Positions 53,345 to 64,000 of a stretch of DNA of 64,000 bases are shown here, one piece after another. The notes under the pieces are model-generated. The model ran no database searches, was not told the origin of the DNA, and worked only from the letters and a program-made list of their open reading frames with translations. Position numbers and translations under genes: made by a program. Origin of the DNA: Botryllus schlosseri. Its lineage: Eukaryota. Position 1 is the stretch's first letter. Each line of letters opens with the position of its first letter. The stretch covers positions 35,776,001-35,840,000 of the forward strand of contig CM119371.1 in the NCBI GenBank assembly GCA_051294905.1, given 5' to 3'.

Positions 53345-53440
53345 ACCATATCAGTTATCATGGATTGCACATTCAAAGTATATTTGACATTTGATATCTG
53401 CACGTCGATACTAACACAACATCGTCGAACGACACTACAC

Positions 53441-54152
53441 TAGGGTTACCATATTTCAGCAACCCTGATTCCGGACACTCTTTAGCGCCACTAGTGGATT
53501 TCAAAATGAGTTATGACGTCACACTAGCGAAGCTTTGCTCATAGACCAGAGGTGGTCACGATCCGGTTCAGGAGTATGTGGCTGTGTGTCGTGTAACTGG
53601 GACCGATGTAACATGTTTTCAGCCCCTCCCCGCCCAAATAAACAATGATTTTGAGCCCACATTATAGGGTAATCGATGCAACTTCTGGGGGGGGGGGCTT
53701 GCTATATGAATCTGGTTTCTATATGCATCTGGTCGTTCAATTATTTGAATGAATTTTGTCAAAAATATTGGTCGTTCCATATATTACTATATTGATACTA
53801 CTATCCGCCCACATGATCAGAGTTAGCGGTAGAGCTGGTGGAGGGTGATGAGTTCGAAAATACAGGGAGCGTAATTGCACTGTTAAGTCATGTTAATGTC
53901 CTACCGATAAGATTGTTCATCAGCCTTATGCCGGTGCGCACCACGGAGCTTTATAAACACCCCACATCCAGTGGTTTGCTACCTTTTATTATCGCGACTC
54001 CATCTCCAATTTGAAAATGTTCCGCGGCCCAGATCAAAATTTAACAAGCTGATTATTTAAAGAAGTCAACACCTTTGCCCAGACTTACTCACGGGCTATT
54101 TTGGAAGCTAGTTACGTTCAACATGTTCGCAAACCCCAGAATAAAGGCAAAC
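53441..54152 (+). mobile_element. Truncated copy of the TAGGGTTACCATA MITE family
   Basis: Collinear with 59148-59860. Confidence 0.75.
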
Positions 54153-54702
54153 GACGCATGGCAACCCTACACTACACAAACAAACGAGATCTATCGAAAC
54201 CTCGCACAAAACAAACATCAAGCCGATAAACGTTGGCAAGCATTCGACACCCGATAAGAAATAATTTTCAGAACCAAGACGAAAAACAATTGGCGTCCCC
54301 ACCACTGGCCATGGATTAGTGTAGAGATTCGAAACCTTGTTTGACCACGGACCCAAAAATTATTTTGCGTGATTGGGTGAACCAGTCAAGGCGATTCTTT
54401 GCGTGATCGCGCGGACCCTTAAAGAGAATGTCGGAGTAGCTTATGACTACAAAAGAGATCAAAACGTTCACCCAGCCCGCTTCACGGCTAGATTACCAGT
54501 TAGAGTGATACTACTAGCTTCAGGCTATTGTGATCTGTATGGCGAGCACTGACTATAATACAAAACAAGGAAACAAGACGGAAGTAAGGATAGATCTTTT
54601 CAATAGCGGGAATGAGGTTTTATGTTGCAGGTTCAACATTGGTCTTCCATGGACCCACCTTAAAACTCCCTGGATTAATGGGTAAACGTGTCATCCAGCT
54701 CA

Positions 54703-57700
54703 TTAGGCATTCAATTTTAGAGTGTTTTGGACGGAAATGATTGCTTGTTTTCTGCCCTTTTCGTCTAGAAAATCGACAGCTTTCTGGAACTCCACGGCAG
54801 CGTCAACTAGACAGCGCACACCGTTTCGGTAATCGCCGACCAGTAGGTGCGCCTCGCCTTGGAGATGAAGCAAATGACCGGTAGGGACAGTGGCTTGGTC
54901 AGTAAACTGGCGAACACCTGCAATCCCTTCTCGTGTATACCGTATAGTCAAATCATACATCTTCAGGCTGCTGCAGATCTCAGCGATATCACATGTACAT
55001 GATGCGTACATGAGAGCCTTTTGGCGATGACATATCTCCGTCGGAAGACACTCGATCGATTTACCTGCCGCGTAGACTTGGGACATAAAAGCGACAGCGT
55101 AATCACGGATGAACTGACGCTCATACTTTTCCCCCGCGTCCAAGATAAAACTGGCTAACTCGCGAATATCCGATACGACTTGTGTGCACCAAATATAATA
55201 CTCTTCCGAAAAGAGATCGACATTGCCGCAAGTCTCCAGAACCGCTCTGTATAAAAGTGCAGCTGCCACTCTACGCCCGTGAGCTGCCATCTCCTTGCCC
55301 CATTTGTGCACGTAGTCTGGCGGCACCGAGCAGATACGTGCGGTATCGATGAAACCAGCCACCATTCGGTCGTATTGCCGGGAACCCTGCGAGACTATGG
55401 TGCACTCGGCGCGTAGCAGCATCGTGTCCACATCGAAGCAGTTATCGGTATGAATCCGTCGCAACACCGTGAGGGCTTTTGTGAACTGCTTCTCTTCGCA
55501 CAACGCGCTTGCTGTTCCTGTTAAAACAAAGTTACCATATTTTAAGATATGAAAATGAGGACACTTTTCAAGGTACGAAAGGAGATATAGAAATGGGAAA
55601 TTTATGCAGATACTGCTGGTCGACTAAAAAAAGGACGTATGGTAACCCTAATAGCATGATAATAATATCAAGAAAAATCATATTGTTGCTGTTTATCACT
55701 AAGCCTACAGTTATCATTTGCACAAGACAGATGACGATTGCACGATAATTGAGCAAAATTTTAACTAAAACTTCGTGGGGGTCCGTGATGGTCCGAAAGG
55801 GGTCCACGAAGAGAAAAAGATTGATAACCACTGGGCTAGGGTATCGCCTAACGAAATATTCAAATGTATAATACCTCGATGCATCGCCTCTTGTCTTCGA
55901 ATAGCTTTAGACACGAGCTGTGCCAGCTTTTCAGGAACTAAACGAAAACGCAATTTTCCAAATCGGAGATCAAATTATTTATTCCTAGTTGACTCTAAAT
56001 TGTTAACACAAGGAAAATGGAAATAGGATGACATAGTATTTGTGTGGGCCGATTTACATAAAGAATCTCGCTCTTACCGATGGGTCGATTCGGAATATCG
56101 TTATCGCGTTCTACGGGTTTCGTTCCTGCTCTGAAATCGCTTTTAGTTCTGAACTTCACCGATTCCTCGCCATGTTTACTCCCGTTCTGATTTTGACAGT
56201 TAACACCAGAGCGTCCATCACATGCAACCGATTTCGGGTCGCTACTGGACGAACCCGGCCTGAAATTCAGACGAAAATCGCAGTATAGTAGGTCTTTCTT
56301 GTGCGCTGTACGTGAGTATACTTTCGCATACAAAACAACATACGTGTACATTAGGGCTGTTCAAAAACTTTTTTCTTAAAATTTCACTGGCTCGCGTGAT
56401 AAAATGATTATGTTGGCTAAAACAACGCTACATACCAAATTTGGCCCAATTCCAACCAGTAAAAGCGAGATTCTTGCAGTAGAAAGTTTTGAATTTATCA
56501 TATAAAAAACAGAAATAAAATTTGAAATTTTTTCTGTCGACTCCATAATGCGCACTAAAATTGGCTCAATTCCAACCAGAAGAAGCGAAGTTATTGCAGT
56601 AGAAAATTTTGGATTTGAAAAAAATATTATTAGCGGTGACTAACTCTTCAAATATTATTTATTATATGAATTCATGGGATTAGAAATTTTCTTGCTGCAA
56701 TAACTTCGTTTCTAGTGTTTGGAATTGAGCCAAATTTGGTGTGCAACGTTTTTTTAGCCAGCACATTAATTTTATCACGTAGCCAGCAGTGTTGGGATGA
56801 CTCGAGTCATGACTTGACTCGAGTCAGACTCGAGTCACCTTTTTGGTATGACTTGACTTGACTCGAGTCACTTTGCTAAAATGACTTGACTTGACTTGAC
56901 TCGGCGTATCCGAAATGTGGATTGACTCGTGACTCGGAGCAAAATTCACGAGTCAATTTCAAGTCATCAAGTAATCGGTGTCGATCAAAATCATTGTATT
57001 TTGAATATGTTCGGATTGTTAGCGAAACGCTCGTGTAAACCGTGATAGCGACCAATCATTTAACGATCGTGCGTTTTACTGAGCCTCCATTGTTCTGTCA
57101 CAAATAAATTGAACGCAAACGAAGTGATCGAAGCTTACAGCTTACGTTGTCGTAAACTAGTATAGTAAAGTAATTTCTGTTCTCAGTTTTTACCTTAACC
57201 AAACCTCTTGTTTTATTGAAACTGAATTCGAATATAGTTTATACAGTCCTCAACCATTGGCGCATGCTCGAATTGTATCATATCGGTTTGTAAATGCGTA
57301 ATGTATTGCATCTTCTCAATTCGTATCTATTCTTTTATTGGCTGGTAACTATAAACTGAGGTTCAGCAGTTCTACGTATATGTGAGCGATACAGCCCCTT
57401 TTTTCGTGTATATTTAACTCTATATTCGTTCGTCGGTTCTAAATCAATGACCACCCCATCTGTGTTTCAGAGAGCTAGCAAAATGCAATGACGTTATCAT
57501 GCCTCATACTTCGAAAAGACAACTTGACTTGAATTGTGACTTGACTCGTGACTTGACTTGACTTGACTCGACTTGACTCGAGTCAACTCCAAAAATCGAG
57601 TGACTTGACTTGACTCGAGTCACCTTTGAAAATTGATTGACTTGACTTGACTCGAGTCAAAATGTGCAATGACTCGAAATGACTCGTGACTCGAAGGTAG

Positions 57701-57889
57701 TGACTTGATCCCAACACTGGTAGCCAGTGAAATTTAAAAAAAAAAGTTTTTAACAGCCTATAATGTACGTAAATGTCGCACCATCAAGCTCGACCGTTAC
57801 ATGAACAGTATTATATAAGCCACTTACCCGTCTTGATTAACGCATTCTAGAACCTTTGCCGTGACTTTAGAGACGGCTGCTGCATCCAT
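54703..57889 (-). CDS. Gene C, uncharacterised TPR-like helical-repeat protein, 373 aa; exons 57889-57828, 56259-56078, 55937-55875, 55517-54703
   Basis: GT-AG introns with phases 2,1,1, and 62+182+63+815=1122 nt stays open to TAA. The last exon includes the 266-aa ORF with TPR-like TGHLLHLQGEAHLLVGDYRNGVRCLVDAAVEFQKAVDF. Confidence 0.8.
56352..57760. mobile_element. Palindromic TAGGGCTGTTCAAAAA MITE in intron 1 of gene C, interrupted by the element at 56787-57719
   Basis: Same terminus as 25699-26315. The arms TTTCACTGGCT...GTGATAAAAT and ATTTTATCAC...AGCCAGTGAAA are inverted copies. Confidence 0.7.
56787..57719 (+). mobile_element. Complete 933-bp hAT-type MITE with GACTT/GACTC subterminal arrays
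   Basis: TIR CAGTGTTGGGAT ... ATCCCAACACTG; perfect 8-bp TSD GTAGCCAG. Confidence 0.92.
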
Positions 57890-58384
57890 TTCAACATAAA
57901 CGTAACGCTAAATAAGATATCGACAATAACTGTAGAAATGTCATTTCAGAATATGCCAATTAGATCTGGAACAGGCGAGCTTCATCAAATCGACTACATA
58001 TCACACCGCCATAATACCAGCGAATGCGGCACAACAAGTCTCATACTATCTCCCCCATTATAGTACAAATGACCAGTGGCACCCTCCCATTACTTACAGT
58101 GTCTTAAGAGCGTCCTCTCTCGCTTGTAATCAACAACTGATGCGTCTTCCGCCGTAGCCTGTGCCTTAATTATTCAGAAACTCAATCAAGCCCAATCGAC
58201 CGCCCATGACCTGAGTCTGGTACGTCGGACCTGTGAATCGATTGGTTAGGATTCGTATGCGCTCCAGCTTTTTTTCATTTAGGAAGGCGGTCAGGTAATG
58301 AGCGGAGTCGACATACACATACTTTTATCAAAATACACCAGCCAATGCTGTGTCAACAAAAGAGAGTTCGTCTATCTTCCAAAA

Positions 58385-60740
58385 CCGGGGTCACCAACCT
58401 TTTCGCAACCTAGAGCTACTGCTTGGGTACTGATTGAAGCGACGCGCTACCATTTACTCCCGCCGTTCACCCGTACCAGACTGAATTTCCGCTTTGATAT
58501 TTGTAGCACTGATGGTCAAGAATCACATCGCGGTAAGACTTCTAAGAGAGTCTTTAAAATTTATAAATCAAAACATCTCATTTCAACTAGTTAGCCACTA
58601 AGATTTTTAAGAAATCATAAGTTGCTTCGCACCATGTTGGTAAAAATTATACAACAACAGTCAACTCAAAGTTTAAAATAAATCATGTCTGACTTTAGAC
58701 CGGACATTATGTTATCTGGTTCTATATCAGTCAGTTGGAAGCCTAGCATTGCATGCTACCAACTACTGCGCTGTACTCCAGTATGTAACTTGACACTGCA
58801 ACTCTGAGTGAGTGTTCCAGATGCGCGTTAGTGAGGCGTGTTCTGTGTTTGTTTTTGATGAAGTTCATATCCGAAAAGGCTGATTCACAAAGATAAGTCG
58901 AATCGAACACGCTTGCGACCTTCATAGCCGCTGCGCAGTGCGCATGCACCACTGTACTTTTCCGTCTCAACAAGGCACCAAAATTTTGCTGCAGCCTGGT
59001 GGGCATTGAGGTGGAGGTCATTTTGCAGTGTTACAATTTTAATCTCCAACTGTTCAGCACCCAAACATGACAGATTTCAATATACCGGATGGCAGCAACG
59101 ATTACGGAAAGTTGGAAACATGGTACTAAACTGCATTGAGTGTAAGATAGGGTTACCATATTTTTGTTCCACAAATTCCGGACGCTCATCAGCGCCCACT
59201 AGCGGATTTCAAAATGAGCTGTGAGCGCATTGTCGATCAATATGACGTCACACCAGCAACGCTTTGTCAATCGACTAGAGGTGGTCGCGATCCGATTCAC
59301 GAGTATGTGGTTGTATAATGTATGTTTTAACCTGGGCCGTAACCACATATTGCAGCCCCATCCCACCCAAATAAACCCTAATCTTGGGCCCATCGTAGGG
59401 TATTCGATGCAACTTCTGGGGGTTTACTATATGTATCTGGTCGTTAAATGATTTGAATGAATTGTGTCAATAATATTGGCTCTTCCATATAATACTGTAT
59501 AATTTTAATGCTCTCTCCGTCCACATAATCAGAGTCAGCGGTAGAATAGAGCTGATGTAGGATGATGACTTCGAAAATGCAAGGGGCGTAATTGTACATC
59601 GTTAAAAGTCATGTGTCATATCAGCCTAATGCGGGTGTGCACTTCACCACTGAGCTATATAAACACCGCACATCCGGTGTTTTCCAACCTTTTATGGTCG
59701 CGAATCCATTTCCAATTTGAAAATGTGCCGTGACCCAGCTCAGAATTTGATGAGCTGATTAGTAATTAAAGGTCGGCACATTTGCCCAGACTTACTCACA
59801 GCCAATTTTGGAAGCTAATTACGTTCAACATCTTCGCGAACCCCAGAATAAAGGCAAACTACCCCCAGGTTTAGAACCAACATCTTTAAATAAAGCATCC
59901 AAACGACCTAAAACGACGACTCTATGAATACCGCTATCTTGTAATTACGATTACAATTAGACTTCTTTTTGTAAATGAATGTTATTTTTTATTGATTTTT
60001 TTGATGACAGTTTTTGCGAGGGCGCTAGTCCCCAACTTAAAACCAATATATGTGATACTAAATCGCGCGCAGCGCGAGGAAAAATTTCATGTAGCATAAA
60101 TCTGCTCAAAAATAGTCTTGTTTAGGTTGATTTACGGAAAAAAAGATATGAGCTTACTTTAAGCCTTCAAAATTCCGGACATTTAGGCATATTTTAGAAA
60201 TTCCTTCCGGACGCAGTTTAAACAGTGAAATTCCGGACATGTCCGGGAAATTCCGGACGTATGACAACCCTAGTGTAAGAGAAACAAGCTGTCTCAAAAG
60301 ATACAATACGTAATGGGCATACAGATATTGAAAATCTGCTAGTACTTCACGGCTATGTGCTACCGAATAGCATTGTTGTTTACAACTTTGGCATTGTGCT
60401 TGACGTCGAGCTACCATATTAGAACCCCCCCCCCCGTCATTTCAAGAAACCGTGGATAGCATTCCGTCATGTCGCTTGTGATTCTATTACGTGTTGGTAT
60501 AATACTAATTGTAATTGAGGATATTTGATATCATCGCTTTAAGTGTTTATATAAAAATGTATTGTCATTTGTAAGTTACATGTTAGTGTGATTTAAACAC
60601 AACCTAAATAATTCAATTTATATATTTAAAAGCTCACTGGTTTAATCTATCGATTATTGGTAAATGATGCTATTCGATCTAATTTTAGAACAGGCTCGAT
60701 GGCTACCTGGGGCCTGCGGGCACCACGTTGGTGACCCCTG
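58385..60740 (-). mobile_element. Charlie/GTF2IRD2-type hAT deletion derivative with C-terminal dimerisation-domain remnant (58743-58960)
   Basis: TIR C(C/A)GGGGTCACCAAC and TSD TTCCAAAA/TTCTAAAA. Peptide VFDSTYLCESAFSDMNFIKNKHRTRLTNAHLEHSLRVAVSSY. Confidence 0.85.
59148..60272 (+). mobile_element. hAT-type MITE nested inside the Charlie-type element
   Basis: TAGGGTTACCATA ... TATGACAACCCTA; perfect 8-bp TSD GTGTAAGA; TCCGGAC subterminal motifs. Confidence 0.88.
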
Positions 60741-60862
60741 TTCTAAAAATAGTACATTGAACGCTCTCGTATTGGGCATTTCATGCTGATCACACCATAT
60801 TTTGTGATACGATTCTTGATATACGATGTTCTTTTAAAATTCTCTACTAGTTGCTGACGATT

Positions 60863-60896
60863 ACCCCTGACGAGTATCGGCCGAAAATATTCGGGT
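60863..60896 (+). ncRNA. Minimal type I hammerhead ribozyme motif, intact core and stem I
   Basis: ACCC-CTGACGA-GTATCGGCC-GAAA-ATAT-TC-GGGT; predicted cleavage after C60892; lies in a Penelope pseudo-LTR. Confidence 0.65.
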
Positions 60897-61361
60897 TATT
60901 TTCAATATGAATGTACTATTAAATTATGACAATTATAAAACTTGAGTAAATTATTTTATGTCATTTTTCAAAGAATGTGTAAATCATGTTTTAAAGCGTT
61001 TTATAATATCACTAGTTTTAAATGCAGCCCTAACCATACCATCTTCAAACTTCTAAACTTTAAAAACTTTATTCATGGAAGACGAGTAGATTTGTCAATG
61101 AGGTGTTAAAAGTAAAGAGACAAATAGCTGGCCCTTTCAGTACGTATTGTAATTTGGGAAATACATGCAAGTACTCAGAAGAAATACAAGGTCTCGGCTA
61201 CTGACCAGCTCTGGTCGTAAAATCTGGCTACCCAGTCTATGCAATGCGAGCCATCCGGCAAAAGATGAAAATAGGAAACGTAGAACTTCAAGTTTATTTT
61301 TTCCAAATTAAAACAAATTCATTCCAAAGTTTCGAATCAAAAGCCGCAAGTTGTATATCGG

Positions 61362-63099
61362 TCAGAGTACTTTTTCGAGCGCCCTCATCTCCAAACTCTC
61401 GTTCAAGCATCCGTACGCCATTTCCATGGTCGCCTTCCTGATCCAGTCGGTCCTGAAATCTTGAGCTTCTTCGAAAAAGCTGATCGACTTCTCCAGATAA
61501 TGCACCGCCTTGCTGTACCTGCGCTTCAGGTGATGGCCGAGACCTAGACGACGGTACATGTACCCGGTCAGTTGGCACCTGGTGATTGGCGGATTAGGGA
61601 GTTTACGCAGCCAGTCGATAAGCGACCGTGCTTGTATGATTGCCATGTCGTGGTTCTCCAAGTTACTGTAGAGCACGCATAGGTCTTCAGTGCTCGAGCC
61701 TATTGCGACAACTTTTCCTTCAATGTCCTCCCACGGGACGGACTTCAAGTCCTCCGTAAAATCTGCGACGAACTCGATAGCGTGTCGTTCGATAATATAC
61801 TGCGAGCAGTTGCCAGACTTCATCATGCGATCAGCGAGTTTGAAGATGTTTTGAGAGTTTGCGAATATCCACACTGCCAACTCTTTGGGCGATCGCTCTT
61901 TAGCCCTCTCGGATTTACCGCACACGCGGTACAAAATCATAGCAGCTACATCTCGGTCGTTGAACGCGAGCTGATCCGCCCACGATTTGACTTCCTCCAG
62001 AGGTATAGACGGGCAGTTGTCGATAGCGAGCTGTAAATTGTCGATGCTGCGTTTCGCAATCTCGCGCCTCAGGTGCACGTCGCAATCTGCCATCATTAGC
62101 AGCGTGTCCAGGTCCTTGGTCAATTCGATTTCTTCGATTTGCTCCAACCGCGCCCTGGCAACTTCGTACATTCTGCCTTGCATGTGCGAACAGGCGAGAC
62201 CTAAAGAGAGAAAACATTTTATAATTTACTTCCAATGAAAGGAATTGCATAGTTCGGTAACTCAATGCATGCACTGTTCATTTCTCGAGTACAATATAAT
62301 AAACAAGTTGGGACTCAGCAAAACGATTCCAGTTCTGGAATCCGAGGCGAGCAATGTAAACAAAAGCCTTTCCCAACTGCGGTGGTAACACACCGTTGAA
62401 ACCACTTTGCAAAAGCCTGATATTCACGGAAATTATAGTTAGAGCAGTAACAGACCCGCTACATTGTCAAACGCGATGAACTAGTCAGAATGGTCAAAAA
62501 ATACAAAATTATTTTTCAAATCGTGTTAGGAGAGTCGGAAAATAGGTACTATATGTACTAATAAATATGTACCTCAATACTTTTTTTAACAATTTTTAAT
62601 ACGTCACCCCATCATTATCACGTTACAGTGAAACAAACAACGTGGTATGCATCACATCTGTTCGATTTTCCACACATTTCAAATAGCCGTGGTTGAAGGA
62701 GTGAAAGCAGATACTCAGGTGATGGTAGTCCCTATACTTCCTAAATTGCGACTCGATTACCAATGAACTTATGGATTTCCAAGTGAAGTAACATGTAGGC
62801 CCATGTATTATAATTGACTAAAAACTGTTTGAGTACCCCGAAAAAGTAAAAACAATTCTTCTAACTACTGTCAATTTTCAATATTGCATAACCCTAGGAT
62901 AATTTACGTCAAGCCACGGTCTGCGTTAGAACGGTGATGCCGATGTCCCGGTTTAGGTACCGATTTTTATTTAGTATATTCATGTCAATGACACGAGTCA
63001 TCCCCCTCCCTCCCCAGGTATATAGCTTGTACTCACCTCTCAGGAACGACACAAACGCAAGCTTATCTCTGCCCAGCTCTCGGTAATGATCAAGCGTAT
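61362..63099 (-). CDS. Gene D, TPR-like helical-repeat protein, 5'-partial; exons 63099-63037 and 62200-61362
   Basis: A 63-nt exon (TTTCAG|...GAG|GTGAGT) splices in phase 1 to TCTCTTTAG| and the 273-aa ORF. TPR-like segment TGYMYRRLGLGHHLKRRYSKAVHYLEKSISFFEEAQDF. Confidence 0.8.
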
Positions 63100-63257
63100 C
63101 TGAAATGGAGCCAACAATATTCTCAATTGTAGCAAAATATGTTCGTTACTGCTATATGGAGGTAGTCAAAAAGTCTCAAGAGCATAGCCAGCATTGGTAA
63201 GCCCAGTAGAAGTTCAAATTCAAGTGGAAGCAGCGTTGTAATAACTCTAGTCACGAC

Positions 63258-63907
63258 TGGGGCTGGGAAAAATCGAGCACCTGAGTGATTCGATTCTGAT
63301 CACGTATTACGCTTCGATTCGAGTATTTGAGGATCACTCGTTATGACGTCATAACGGACTCTAGTCGCCATGTTCTGGTGACTCGACTTGATTCTAGTCA
63401 TTTTCTGAAAAAGGGAAAATAACTCGACTCGACTCGAGTCAATTTGTGTATTGACTCGACTTGTGCTCGAGTCATTGCGCATGACTCGGACCAAGTCATA
63501 TGACTCGAGACTGGGTCTATCAAGACGGGCATTTCATTGTAATTTCGAAGAATAGTAAAGTTGTTTCACTAATATTATTTCATCTATCAGTACTGCCACC
63601 TGAAAATGTTACCAGAAACTGCTAAATCTGAGGAAAACTAGTATATATTGAATGCGAAGCATTCAATATCACCAAGCTGAGCTGAAAAAAGTGGGTATCA
63701 CATGACATCAACTCGGAACTGAGCAGTGAACACAATGACTTGGACTCGGACTCGAGTCAAACACGATGACTCGGACTCGACACTCTATTCCGTGACTTAG
63801 ACTCGGACTTGACTCGCAGGTGAATTGAAAATGACGCGACTTGACTCGGTCAAAACGATAAAATTGAGATTGACTTGTGACTCGAAACCTTACGACTTGG
63901 TTACAAC
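63258..63907. repeat. GACTC-rich interspersed repeat (MITE-like)
   Basis: Dense GACTCG/GACTT motifs; its end resembles 10960-11035. Boundaries approximate. Confidence 0.5.
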
Positions 63908-64000
63908 CAGGGTTGCCATACCGTCCTCATTTCTAAGATTTGTCCTTATTTTGAAGGGTCACGTCTTAGAAAACTCAACTGTCCTTATTTCTAAGAAATG
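63908..64000 (+). mobile_element. Left end of a MITE of the 18262-19016 family, cut by the window edge
   Basis: CAGGGTTGCCATACCGTCC...TTTCTAAGAAATG is nearly identical to 18262-18354. Confidence 0.85.

Larger units (their letters stand above)
58318..60920 (+). mobile_element. Penelope-like 3' fragment split by the hAT insertion
   Basis: 58318-58384 joined to 60749-60920 reconstitutes sequence collinear with 39350-39570. Confidence 0.7.

Noticed and set aside
1..64000. Assigning the sequence to a species (it gives an ascidian-like impression) or naming the TPR-like genes
   Set aside because: There is no diagnostic marker in the window and I do not recognise the proteins; this needs a database search.

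Overview
Eukaryotic (metazoan, probably invertebrate) genomic DNA, AT-rich, with spliceosomal GT-AG introns and very dense, often nested transposable elements. It contains no prokaryotic operons, rRNA or CRISPR. The host genes form a tandem, all-minus-strand cluster of one uncharacterised, fast-diverging family. Manual splicing gives a shared 4-exon plan: a short first exon (ends phase 2), a polar low-complexity exon 2 of variable length (phase 2 to 1), an exactly 63-nt exon 3 (phase 1 to 1), and a ~0.8-kb last exon encoding an alpha-helical TPR-like domain. Members: A1 (961-1619, rest not in the window), A2 (12656-15178, 437 aa), B (32747-38127, stop plus frameshift), C (54703-57889, 373 aa), D (61362-63099, 5' exons not found) and decayed relics at ~2.4-3.9 kb and ~16.8-17.4 kb. 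Mobile DNA includes a decayed P-element/THAP transposase, RNase H-bearing I-group LINE fragments and L2/CR1-group LINE 3' ends. There are also Penelope-like fragments whose pseudo-LTRs carry minimal hammerhead ribozyme motifs, an internally deleted hATm-type transposon, a Charlie/GTF2IRD2-type hAT remnant, a Mutator/foldback-like element with a TTAGGG-like core, and many MITEs with 8-bp target-site duplications. Gene models and family assignments come from reading the sequence only; no database search was run.
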